Source: a bacterium (GTDB lineage Bacteria > Patescibacteriota > Patescibacteriia > UBA10025). Taken from it: 64,000 nucleotides of DNA. The stretch spans positions 3,447 to 67,446 of the forward strand of contig JAKAGM010000001.1 in NCBI GenBank assembly GCA_021815445.1. The letters run 5' to 3'. Below, one piece after another: positions 10,809 to 19,176 of the stretch. The notes under the pieces were generated by a model that worked only from the letters and a program-made list of their open reading frames with translations, did not search any database and was not told where the DNA came from. The position numbers and the translations under genes are program-made. The first letter of the stretch is position 1, and every line of letters starts with the position of its first letter.

Positions 10809-10818
10809 GAGGCAAGTT

Positions 10819-11250
10819 ATGACAGTTGTCGATAAAAAGAAACGCGTTCTCGATTTCATCAAACGCCAACATGTAGCCGTGTTGGCGACGGTTGACGGCG
10901 TGCGGCGCGTACCCGAGTGCGCTGTCGTTGAATTCTCAGAGACGGATAACCTTGAGATTATTTTTGACACATTTTCCTCGTACCGCAAGTACGGAAATTT
11001 GCAGACGAACCAGCGCGTTGCGCTCGTGATCGGCTGCGAGGACGACGTCACTGTCCAGTACGAGGGCGTCGCCCGCGAGGTGACCGGTGACGAACTGAAA
11101 CGGTGCCAGAAAATTCATACGGCCAAGCTTCCCGGTGCGAAAAAGTTCACGACGATGGAAGACATCAGATTTTTTCGTATTACCCCGGTGTGGATCCGCT
11201 ACGTGAATGTGTCGCTCGATCCGTGGGAAGTCTTCGAGCTTTCATTATGA
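10819..11250 (+). CDS. pyridoxamine 5'-phosphate oxidase-like FMN-binding split-barrel protein
   Basis: 143 aa with the HVAVLATVDG...VALVIG pattern of the PPOX/general-stress protein 26 family. Confidence 0.6.
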   Translation: MTVVDKKKRVLDFIKRQHVAVLATVDGVRRVPECAVVEFSETDNLEIIFDTFSSYRKYGNLQTNQRVALVIGCEDDVTVQYEGVAREVTGDELKRCQKIHTAKLPGAKKFTTMEDIRFFRITPVWIRYVNVSLDPWEVFELSL

Positions 11251-11822
11251 AGAGTACTCCCAAAAAGAAGTTTAAAGTCCTGAATCGCGGACTGACCATT
11301 GCCTATATCGGAAACGGGAAAGGGAAGACAACCGCGGCTGTCGGCGCGGCAGTCAGAGCGCGCGGCTGCGGGATGCGAGTGCTTTTTTTGCAGTTCTATA
11401 AAAGTCCCGAATGGCCCTCGGGAGAACGGCAGGCTCTCGTGAAGCTGGGCGTCAAGGTTCACGTTGTCGGCGAGGGGTTTGTCGGCATCCTCGGAGACAG
11501 AAAAAAACTTGCCGTACACAAAAAGGCCGCGGAGCGGGCGCTGAGAGAGAGCCGTAGAGCCCTTGTTTCAGGCGCATACGACCTTATTATCCTCGACGAA
11601 GCTATTTCGTGCCTCGAGCAGAAGCTGTTTACGCCTGCCCGGCTGGCGACACTCCTGAAGCTCAAACAAAAATCCACAAAAGCATCTCATGTCCACTTGA
11701 TTTTGACCGGCCACAAAAGATTTCCGCAGATACTCAAGCTCTGCGACCTGGTCACTGAGATGAAGATGGTGAAGCACCCATATTACCAAGGGTTTTTGGC
11801 GGTAAGGGGAGTGGATTATTAA
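11247..11822 (+). CDS. cobA: cob(I)alamin/corrinoid adenosyltransferase, CobA/CobO/BtuR type
   Basis: P-loop GNGKGKTTAAVGAAVRARGCGMRVLFLQFYK typical of the CobA family; ATG at 11247 overlaps the upstream stop by 4 bp (ATGA). Confidence 0.75.
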   Translation: MKSTPKKKFKVLNRGLTIAYIGNGKGKTTAAVGAAVRARGCGMRVLFLQFYKSPEWPSGERQALVKLGVKVHVVGEGFVGILGDRKKLAVHKKAAERALRESRRALVSGAYDLIILDEAISCLEQKLFTPARLATLLKLKQKSTKASHVHLILTGHKRFPQILKLCDLVTEMKMVKHPYYQGFLAVRGVDY

Positions 11823-11954
11823 CCACAAAGTACTATGGACACCCCAACACCTCAGCCCACCCCACAATCCTCATCAAGCACAATGATGCGAGTCATTTTG
11901 GTAATCATTCTCATTATCGTCGGCGCGGGCGCTTACTTCTGGTGGCAGAAAGGG
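11815..11954. repeat. 140-bp direct repeat copy 1 (promoter-proximal region and first 40 codons of the 11835 gene)
   Basis: identical base-for-base to 13371..13510. Confidence 0.9.
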
Positions 11955-13304
11955 CAAGCAAATACGAACAGTGCGAACCTCGTCCTCAATGCCATGAACC
12001 AGAGTACCAATGCGCCCTCCAACATCAATTCGGTTGCCAACGCGAACACCACCTTGAATACCAATATCGCCGTAAATGCCAATACTCCCGCTAATCTCAA
12101 CACGGCAGTAAACACCAATACTGCGGTAAACTCAAATACCAATACCGCAGTGGATACGAGCGGGTGGCTGGCCGAGACGGCGCGATGCAGTCATGAGCCC
12201 GTATCTCAGCAAAAGGAAAGTATCTTAACTGATAACTCTGACTGGCAAGTCATACGGGTATACAGGGGTGAGCTAAAATTCTCGTACGAAGTACCTTCTA
12301 GTGCAACTTTTAATACCGGTCTGGACAGATATACGAAAACTGGGTCAGAAGAGAGGGAAGTAATATCCGAAGTAAATCTAGAAGGTATGGCTATTGATGT
12401 TAGATGGTATAAAAACAACTCTTCGTTTGAGCTGTGGACTAGGGATCATGAGAATGAGATTTATACTTCCTATATTGCCAGCTCACGTGGCGCGGCAATA
12501 TCGGAACCAGAGCAGATAGTTGTTGATGGACGCAAAACAAAAACATATGAAGTTACGAGTCCTTTTGGGTTTAAGGTAATGCTGGTTTTTGTTGAGGATG
12601 GGGATAAAATATATCAAATAGAGGTTCGGGGGCCAGCGGAGAATATGGAAAACTTCAAAGGGGATATCAATAAAGTATTAATGAGTTTTCACTTTGAAAT
12701 CCCTGATCCAGGTGAATTGATATTTACCTATCGCGAAATTGATCTGTCCTTCAGGTATCCTTCATCCGTCGGCACTCCTCAGCTTGCATGGGGTACCCCA
12801 GTGAATAATAAAAATTGGGAGAAAGCTATGATTGAAGTAGGTCAGAAAGGCCAAAGTGCTTTTTCAATAACACGGGAAGCGGATTATTATAGCTCACATG
12901 AAAATGAGTGGCTGTATACTTTTTACGGGAAAGCGGTCGATGCTAAGCAGCCTCTTTCAGATTTAATCCTTTTTATAAGTAGAGATTTCAAAAATATTCT
13001 CGGTATTTCAAATAAATGTGGTTTCGTTGAGATAGTTGAACTAGACCAATATAATACTCAAACAGCGTTAATTTATCGAGCATTTGTTCCTCATCCTGAT
13101 TATAAGGTTGTATTAGCAACTTTCGTGATAAGTACATCTTTTCCTAATCTTGAAAATAGTAATATTGATCCTAATCTTGTGATAGCCAATGATATGCTCA
13201 ATGACATTAAAATGGGTACATTTCAACAAGATATTATTCAGAATTTAGACACATTTCGTGCGATCTTACCAACAATAAAAACTGCAACACCCCTACCCCG
13301 CTGA
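11835..13304 (+). CDS. membrane-anchored protein: conserved N-terminal anchor, N/T-rich linker, AT-rich C-terminal globular domain
   Basis: MDTPTPQPTPQSSSSTMMRVILVIILIIVGAGAYFWWQKG anchor identical to the 13391 gene; C-terminal ~1.1 kb is markedly AT-rich compared with its surroundings. Confidence 0.6.
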   Translation: MDTPTPQPTPQSSSSTMMRVILVIILIIVGAGAYFWWQKGQANTNSANLVLNAMNQSTNAPSNINSVANANTTLNTNIAVNANTPANLNTAVNTNTAVNSNTNTAVDTSGWLAETARCSHEPVSQQKESILTDNSDWQVIRVYRGELKFSYEVPSSATFNTGLDRYTKTGSEEREVISEVNLEGMAIDVRWYKNNSSFELWTRDHENEIYTSYIASSRGAAISEPEQIVVDGRKTKTYEVTSPFGFKVMLVFVEDGDKIYQIEVRGPAENMENFKGDINKVLMSFHFEIPDPGELIFTYREIDLSFRYPSSVGTPQLAWGTPVNNKNWEKAMIEVGQKGQSAFSITREADYYSSHENEWLYTFYGKAVDAKQPLSDLILFISRDFKNILGISNKCGFVEIVELDQYNTQTALIYRAFVPHPDYKVVLATFVISTSFPNLENSNIDPNLVIANDMLNDIKMGTFQQDIIQNLDTFRAILPTIKTATPLPR

Positions 13305-13370
13305 CTTCGATGGCGACGGCCTTTCTTAATACTTGCTGCTAGGTTACAATGGATATGTAATCTGACAGTA

Positions 13371-13510
13371 ATTATTAACCACAAAGTACTATGGACACCC
13401 CAACACCTCAGCCCACCCCACAATCCTCATCAAGCACAATGATGCGAGTCATTTTGGTAATCATTCTCATTATCGTCGGCGCGGGCGCTTACTTCTGGTG
13501 GCAGAAAGGG
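13371..13510. repeat. 140-bp direct repeat copy 2
   Basis: identical to 11815..11954. Confidence 0.9.
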
Positions 13511-14113
13511 GATACAAAAATAAACACCGCAAACATTGCCATTAATACTACCAATAGGAACACAAATACCGTCTCCAATGCCAATTCGGCTGTGAATACC
13601 AATGTTGCCTCAAATGTCAACACTGCCGCTAATCTCAACACAGCGGTGAATGTGAATGCGGGGGCAAACTTAAACACCAACGCGGCAGTGGATACGAGCG
13701 GGTGGAAGACGTATGAGAATAGCACGTATGGGTACAACATCAAATATCCAACAGACTGGAAGGTAGTTGAGGCCACGGGGATGCTTACAGAATTCTCGCC
13801 CACGAGCAAGGATTATACCGTCGAGGGCTCGATTGCCTACCCCGTGGGGATAACAGGCTATACAGGCGCTGCATCTGATTTCTTAAGTCAGGTGTCGTCA
13901 GATAAGAAGAGTTCAGTAACCATTAATAATCAGGCTGCCACAAAGGTCATAGGATATTCGAATTCAATCTCTTATGTCTTTTCTAATCAGGCGCGAGTGC
14001 AATATCTGGTAATTGGTCCAAATAGCGCGCTGTTAAATAACGTAGATGTTTCAGATCGATCAACAATAGAATCGATGTTTGAGGCAATGCTTCGGACGTT
14101 CACAATTCAATAG
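13391..14113 (+). CDS. membrane-anchored protein paralog with identical N-terminus and a different C-terminal domain
   Basis: first 40 aa identical to the 11835 gene, then an N-rich linker and an unrelated 130-aa C-terminal domain. Confidence 0.6.
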   Translation: MDTPTPQPTPQSSSSTMMRVILVIILIIVGAGAYFWWQKGDTKINTANIAINTTNRNTNTVSNANSAVNTNVASNVNTAANLNTAVNVNAGANLNTNAAVDTSGWKTYENSTYGYNIKYPTDWKVVEATGMLTEFSPTSKDYTVEGSIAYPVGITGYTGAASDFLSQVSSDKKSSVTINNQAATKVIGYSNSISYVFSNQARVQYLVIGPNSALLNNVDVSDRSTIESMFEAMLRTFTIQ

Positions 14114-14197
14114 GAGGTAAGAATGCACTTTAACAACTGGTCTACCTGAAGGTCAGATAGAAACCACTATCCAACTCCCAAACTAAAGAGGTGTTAC

Positions 14198-16189
14198 ATG
14201 AGAACTGTAATGGTCGCTCTTGTTGCGCTGGTGCTGTCAGCTACCAGCGCTGTAGCAGTCGATCTAACGGAAACTGGATTTTACTACCCAACTGGCAGCC
14301 ACACATTAGGCAGCTATGCCGGATGGTTAGCAGTTCCGCCAGCTTACTTTGACGGCTACTACCATATCGGCAAAGATATTGACACCGGTGAAGTTGCGCC
14401 TGTGTACGCAATTTCGAATGGCATCGTGATCTACATCAGTTCTGGTGGATGGGGGACGAACAACAAGGGGGTGTTTGTGAGGCACACCCTTGTAGATGGG
14501 TCTCAGTTCGTTGCGCTTTACGGACACGTGAGAACAAGCAAGGTGGTGAATGACGCGGTACAAGCTGGTGTTCAATTTGCGACGATTGGGCCGTGGGATC
14601 CGACACATTTGCATTTTGGCATTCATCCTGGAGGGACTATACCCTCCGATCCATACGGTATGCTACCCTTGCCGGTGACATCGCCGTACAATGGCTGGCA
14701 GGATCCAATCGATTGGATTGCAACGCACAGTCCCGCTGGTGCTTACTCCTGCTCCTTCGTCTCCAAGTCTATCTCGCCTGCCGGTCCGTATGTTCCAGGG
14801 CAGACAGTTACCTGCCAGGTGAAGTTCAAGAACGAGGGTACGGCAACGTGGAGTAAGACAGGCGGCCAGTCGAATTACGTCGAATTGGGATCGTGCGACG
14901 GAAACGGAGGCATCGGCTACAGTTTCTTCAACTATCCCTGCACACTCCCCAATGACGGCCAAGTTCCATCATGGCTGAATTGCAAAGTGCCATGCACCTT
15001 CGTAGAATCCAATGTGCCGCATGGCAGTAATGCGACCTTCAACTTCACGGGTAAGATTAGGGACACGTTACCCAGTACATACAGCGTGTATTTCGGACCT
15101 GTCTGGAATAGCGCAATCATGTCTGGCTGGGTCGGGACGCATTACGCCGTCCAAGTCACCATCCCTGAGTCGTTCTCTACCATGACCCTTACCCCCATCG
15201 CAGGTGATTGGAACGGAGATGGAGTCTCCGAGGTCGGGGTCTATGCCGACGAGACGCAAACCTTCTATCTGGACACCAACAATGACGGGTATACGGAGTT
15301 GGAGCTTCATTACAGCTCAGCCGTAGACAAACCTTTGGCCGGCAACTGGGCTGGCGGCGGGTACTACGGCGTTGGTTTTTACCGTCCCGCCTATCGCACC
15401 TTCTGGCTGGATTATGACAACAACGGCCAGATGGACAATGGCATTGTGTTTGGTGACGGTGGAGACACGCCTTTGGCAGGTGACTGGCTTGGGAACGGCT
15501 ATTCCCGAATTGGCCTATACCGCCCTTCAACCAGGACATTCTGGCTGGACTACGACAACAACGGCACTGCAGACTTTAGCCGTGTCTTTGGAGATGCCAC
15601 GGACATTCCTATCACGGGAGACTGGGACTGTGACTTGGACTGGAACATCGGCGTTTACCGCCCGTCTACCAGGACGTTCTGGTTAGACTACAATAATGAC
15701 GGCTCGGCCGATTTCTCCCGAACCTTCGGAGACGCCGGTGATCTTCCCGTTGTCGGAGACTGGACCGGCAACTGCGGCACCAACATCGGCGTATTCCGCC
15801 CCTCCACCCAGGAATTCTGGCTCGATTACAACAACGACGGAACGGCTGACCGAGGGTTCCAGATCCAACGGATTATTCCCGGTTCGCCTAAGATCACGGC
15901 ACATGGAGAAGACAATACTCTGCCTCGGACATTCTCCCTGTCCCAGAATTACCCGAACCCGTTCAACCCGGGCACGACGATCAGGTACACCTTGCCGAGG
16001 AGTACCCACGTCGTTCTTTCCATCTACAATGTTCTGGGGCAGAAGCTGGAGACTCTGATTGATGAGCACCAGTTCGCCGGAGAGTATATCGCTTTCTGGG
16101 ACGGATCGCGCTTCGCATCGGGCATGTACTTCTACCGCCTCGTCACCGATCAGGCGGTGGAGACAAAAAAGATGATTCTTTTGAAGTAA
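14198..16189 (+). CDS. secreted multidomain protein: M23/LytM-like peptidase domain, FG-GAP-like repeats and a T9SS-type C-terminal sorting domain
   Basis: signal peptide; HIGKDID...HLHFGIHP (M23-like); four or more ~40-aa repeats (GDWxGxG...YRPSTRTFWLDYNNDGTADF); C-terminal LSQNYPNPFNPGTTIRYTLP...GMYFYRL...KKMILLK matches the Por secretion-system CTD pattern. Confidence 0.75.
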   Translation: MRTVMVALVALVLSATSAVAVDLTETGFYYPTGSHTLGSYAGWLAVPPAYFDGYYHIGKDIDTGEVAPVYAISNGIVIYISSGGWGTNNKGVFVRHTLVDGSQFVALYGHVRTSKVVNDAVQAGVQFATIGPWDPTHLHFGIHPGGTIPSDPYGMLPLPVTSPYNGWQDPIDWIATHSPAGAYSCSFVSKSISPAGPYVPGQTVTCQVKFKNEGTATWSKTGGQSNYVELGSCDGNGGIGYSFFNYPCTLPNDGQVPSWLNCKVPCTFVESNVPHGSNATFNFTGKIRDTLPSTYSVYFGPVWNSAIMSGWVGTHYAVQVTIPESFSTMTLTPIAGDWNGDGVSEVGVYADETQTFYLDTNNDGYTELELHYSSAVDKPLAGNWAGGGYYGVGFYRPAYRTFWLDYDNNGQMDNGIVFGDGGDTPLAGDWLGNGYSRIGLYRPSTRTFWLDYDNNGTADFSRVFGDATDIPITGDWDCDLDWNIGVYRPSTRTFWLDYNNDGSADFSRTFGDAGDLPVVGDWTGNCGTNIGVFRPSTQEFWLDYNNDGTADRGFQIQRIIPGSPKITAHGEDNTLPRTFSLSQNYPNPFNPGTTIRYTLPRSTHVVLSIYNVLGQKLETLIDEHQFAGEYIAFWDGSRFASGMYFYRLVTDQAVETKKMILLK

Positions 16190-16224
16190 TTCCTTTGTGG
16201 GGGAAAGGATTAACTAGCCATCAA

Positions 16225-16258
16225 CCCTTGCGACAACGGTGCTGCAGGGGATTTTTTT
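16225..16258 (+). terminator. probable terminator after the 14198 gene
   Basis: imperfect hairpin CCCTTGCG...CTGCAGGGG followed by ATTTTTTT. Confidence 0.35.
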
Positions 16259-16329
16259 ATTTAACCTTCGCGATTCTGCGTTCTGTCTACCTCGGTTTGA
16301 GTTATGCACCATTGACTGGTTGAGCGAAA

Positions 16330-16570
16330 CCCTGGTACACTTCATCCACATTAACAACTCATAACAGGTAAGCCGGTGAGATTCCGGCACGGTCCCGCCA
16401 CGGTAATAAATAGTCCGACACCTTTTCGCCCCCTTACGTAGTAAGGAGCGGATAAAGCCAAATCATTCGAGCTTGAGCTCGAGTCCTTCGGGGAAAGGTC
16501 GGACGATACTTGCCTTAGTTTACACTGCAGCGCGGCCTTAGAAGGGAACTAAGGTTTTTTTAATTTAGTA
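16330..16570 (+). ncRNA. cobalamin (B12) riboswitch with terminator expression platform
   Basis: core AAcAGGtAAgccGGTGAGATTCCggcaCgGTCCCGCCACgGTAA matches the conserved cobalamin riboswitch core (GGTGnnAnTCC...CCCGCCACTGTAA); B12-box-like AGTCCGACACC...GCC; strong terminator CCTTAG-aagggaa-CTAAGG+T8 at 16536-16568 just upstream of the 16584 ATG. Confidence 0.65.
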
Positions 16571-16583
16571 ACATCACTTTCAT

Positions 16584-17054
16584 ATGGATAAACCTCCAAT
16601 GGTAGTAGTCAAACAAAAAGCAAAAACGAATTATGCGGCACTCGGAATCATCGCCGTCGTGGCGGCCGGCGTATTATTTTTCGGGAATGCCTATAACAAA
16701 GGAGTAACCAATGACGCCCAGAAAGCGGGCGCAGGCGTTGTTGCCGGAGTAGAGTCAGTCCAGCAGGAAGCGACGCTCACCATCAACAACGGCAAAACCA
16801 CCCGCAGTATGGTCATGACCCTCAATCCGGGCGTCTCTGCGCTTGATCTCGTCATCCGGGCGGGAATGAGGGAAAACTTTACAGTCGAAACGAAGAAATA
16901 TGACTTCGGGACCATCGTCGAATCTATCGACGGCGTGCGCGGCGGCGACCAGAAGAAATACTGGCTGTACTATGTGAACGGCAAACAGGCGACAGTCGGC
17001 GCGGATGCGTACAAAGTGCAATCCGGGGATACCATAGACTTCAGATTCGAATAA
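16584..17054 (+). CDS. DUF4430-family protein (transcobalamin/intrinsic-factor C-terminal-domain-like, putative B12-binding)
   Basis: N-terminal TM anchor; C-terminal YWLYYVNGKQATVGADAYKVQSGDTIDFRF matches the DUF4430 signature (W.Y.VNG...G...Y.LKDGD.I.W); directly downstream of the B12 riboswitch. Confidence 0.7.
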   Translation: MDKPPMVVVKQKAKTNYAALGIIAVVAAGVLFFGNAYNKGVTNDAQKAGAGVVAGVESVQQEATLTINNGKTTRSMVMTLNPGVSALDLVIRAGMRENFTVETKKYDFGTIVESIDGVRGGDQKKYWLYYVNGKQATVGADAYKVQSGDTIDFRFE

Positions 17055-17059
17055 TTTCC

Positions 17060-17584
17060 ATGAAAAAAAAGTACTCCATTGCCGTAGCTCTCGCATTGAT
17101 TCTGGTCGGGATGGCCGTCCGTCTCCTTCCGCATCCGGCCAATTTTACCCCCCTTGCCGCAATAGCGCTTTTTTCCGGCGTGTATCTTCCCCGCAGGTTT
17201 GCTCTCGTTGTGCCTCTCGCCGTGATGGTGGCTTCTGATGCGTTGATTGGCTTTCACAACCTCGTACTCTTTACCTGGGGATCCTTCGCGCTGATCGGAG
17301 TGATCGGCTGGTGGGTACAAAAGCATAAGCACGTCACTACGGTCATCGGCGGGGCGCTTGCCGGGTCTCTGCTCTTTTACCTCGTGACTAACTGGGCCGT
17401 GATGCAATTCGGGACTATGTACCCGCACACCATCTCGGGATTACTTGGCTCGTATGCTGCGGGGATACCTTTTTTCCGCAACATGCTTCTCGGAGACCTT
17501 TTTTACACGTCGACCTTTTTCGGGGCCTATGAATTGGCTGAGCGGCTGGGCGTGCGGATAGGAGCCCGCGCAGAAATTCGGTAA
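17060..17584 (+). CDS. polytopic membrane protein, ECF-transporter S-component-like (putative corrinoid uptake component)
   Basis: 174 aa, 5-6 TM helices, N-terminal LPHPANFTPLAAIALFSG motif reminiscent of ECF S components; 6 bp downstream of the DUF4430 gene in the same riboswitch-controlled unit. Confidence 0.5.
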   Translation: MKKKYSIAVALALILVGMAVRLLPHPANFTPLAAIALFSGVYLPRRFALVVPLAVMVASDALIGFHNLVLFTWGSFALIGVIGWWVQKHKHVTTVIGGALAGSLLFYLVTNWAVMQFGTMYPHTISGLLGSYAAGIPFFRNMLLGDLFYTSTFFGAYELAERLGVRIGARAEIR

Positions 17585-17690
17585 CTCTAGGTCCCTTTCT
17601 AGGGTCCAAAACCCGGATTGAATTCCTGGCATAACTGTTGTTTTTCTTGAGAAATCTTGATATACTTGGGGGGTTCACACATATTGTCGT

Positions 17691-18620
17691 ATGGCTAATT
17701 ATCAAAACTATCGCAGGTACCGCAACCAAGGAGGGGACGGACGCCAGCGGGTGGGAAAGGCGGTACTTCTTTTGGCGGCCTTTCTTTTTATTTACCTGAT
17801 CGCGCGGGCAATCTTTGGCAGCGATAAAAACACCTCGATACTCAATACGCTGAATGAACCGCTTGCCAATGTCGGGTCTGCAAACACGGCAAATAACATA
17901 AATGGCATCGTCAATGGCGCTATCAACGGTAATAACAACAGCAATACCAACACAAACGTCAATGCAAGCCCTTCGGCTTCATCATCGACGTTTTCGGTTG
18001 CAAGCAATTGCGCCGCAGTAAAGTCGCGCGGGAGCGAAACGAAAAAAGCAGTAGCCCTCACCTTTAATGTCGGTACGATCAAAGAGGGAAGCATCGACGC
18101 TGTTTTGACCGGACTGAAAAACGGATCGGTGCCGGCGGCTTTCTTTGCGACAGGTGATGTCGCGTCGGGCAACGCGGCGCTTGTCAAGAAAATAGCCGAT
18201 GCGAATTTCCCGGTCTATAATTTCGGCAACAGCCTCGTGAAGTTTACCGACCTGCAAGAGGCGGGCATTACCGAACAGTTGACGAAAGCCGAAGCAAGCA
18301 TTTCAGCTGTTACCGGCGTGAGCACCAAACCGTTTTTCCGCCCCCCGTACAATGCCGTCGACGATACCGTGCTTGCCACTGTCAAGAAAGACGGGTACTG
18401 TCCCGTGGTCTCGACTTTTGATGCTCTCGACTGGAGCGCTGACAGCACGGCGGCTTCCTCGAAGGAGCGCGTGCTTTCAAAGGCCTCGAACGGGTCTATC
18501 ATCCTGATGCAAGCGTCGAACAGCATTACAGCCGAGATTCTTCCCGATGTGATCAGCGGCCTGAAGGCAAAAGGGTTTACTTTTGTAAGTCTTGATGCGC
18601 TTTTAGCGAGCTCATCATAA
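17691..18620 (+). CDS. polysaccharide deacetylase (NodB-homology domain) with N-terminal TM anchor and N-rich linker
   Basis: ALTFNVGT...PFFRPPYNAVDD...DALDWS pattern of CE4 deacetylases. Confidence 0.7.
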   Translation: MANYQNYRRYRNQGGDGRQRVGKAVLLLAAFLFIYLIARAIFGSDKNTSILNTLNEPLANVGSANTANNINGIVNGAINGNNNSNTNTNVNASPSASSSTFSVASNCAAVKSRGSETKKAVALTFNVGTIKEGSIDAVLTGLKNGSVPAAFFATGDVASGNAALVKKIADANFPVYNFGNSLVKFTDLQEAGITEQLTKAEASISAVTGVSTKPFFRPPYNAVDDTVLATVKKDGYCPVVSTFDALDWSADSTAASSKERVLSKASNGSIILMQASNSITAEILPDVISGLKAKGFTFVSLDALLASSS

Positions 18621-18648
18621 TGTAACATAAGGAGGTCCTTTTGAGCCT

Positions 18649-19068
18649 ATGGCCGGAGAAGAAAAACAACAGTCTTCCACAGCTTTAAATGCCGGTCTCA
18701 TAGCCCTTGCCGCGCTTGTGATTGCGGGAAGCATCTTTTTTGCATTCCGACACAAGGTTGCGCCTGCGATGAACGCTCCATCAGCGGGGACAAACACCCC
18801 GGCGGCTGCGCAAAATGCCAACACGGGAAAATTTGAAGGCGATTCCATCACCGTGGGATGCTCCAGTAATGACGACTGTGTCGTCTGGGGGTGTTCAAGC
18901 CAGCTCTGCGGGAGAAAGGTGAAAGTGCAAGACTTAACAACGACGTGTGAATATAAGGACGTTTACTCGTGCACAAAGCTGACAACATGCGGATGCTTCG
19001 AAGGGGAATGCCAATGGCAGCAGACGCCCGATTATACTTCCTGCGTGGAGAAAAAGAAGTCTTCATGA
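18649..19068 (+). CDS. small membrane-anchored cysteine-rich protein
   Basis: TM helix then 12 Cys in the last ~70 aa (GCSSNDDCVVWGCSSQLCGRK...CGCFEGECQWQ). Confidence 0.5.
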   Translation: MAGEEKQQSSTALNAGLIALAALVIAGSIFFAFRHKVAPAMNAPSAGTNTPAAAQNANTGKFEGDSITVGCSSNDDCVVWGCSSQLCGRKVKVQDLTTTCEYKDVYSCTKLTTCGCFEGECQWQQTPDYTSCVEKKKSS

Positions 19069-19176
19069 AATTTTCAGGAAGCGATTTTATCCTGTATCTA
19101 TTGAGAAGTTGACAGTCTTTTTATCGCGAAGGTATACTTTTTACCACATCGCGTAATAACGAAATACGAACGTTGT

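Noticed and set aside
11815-13510. CRISPR array or IS element as the explanation of the 140-bp repeat
   Set aside because: There are only two copies, 1.5 kb apart, and each is the 5' end of a protein-coding gene. No spacer-repeat periodicity and no transposase.
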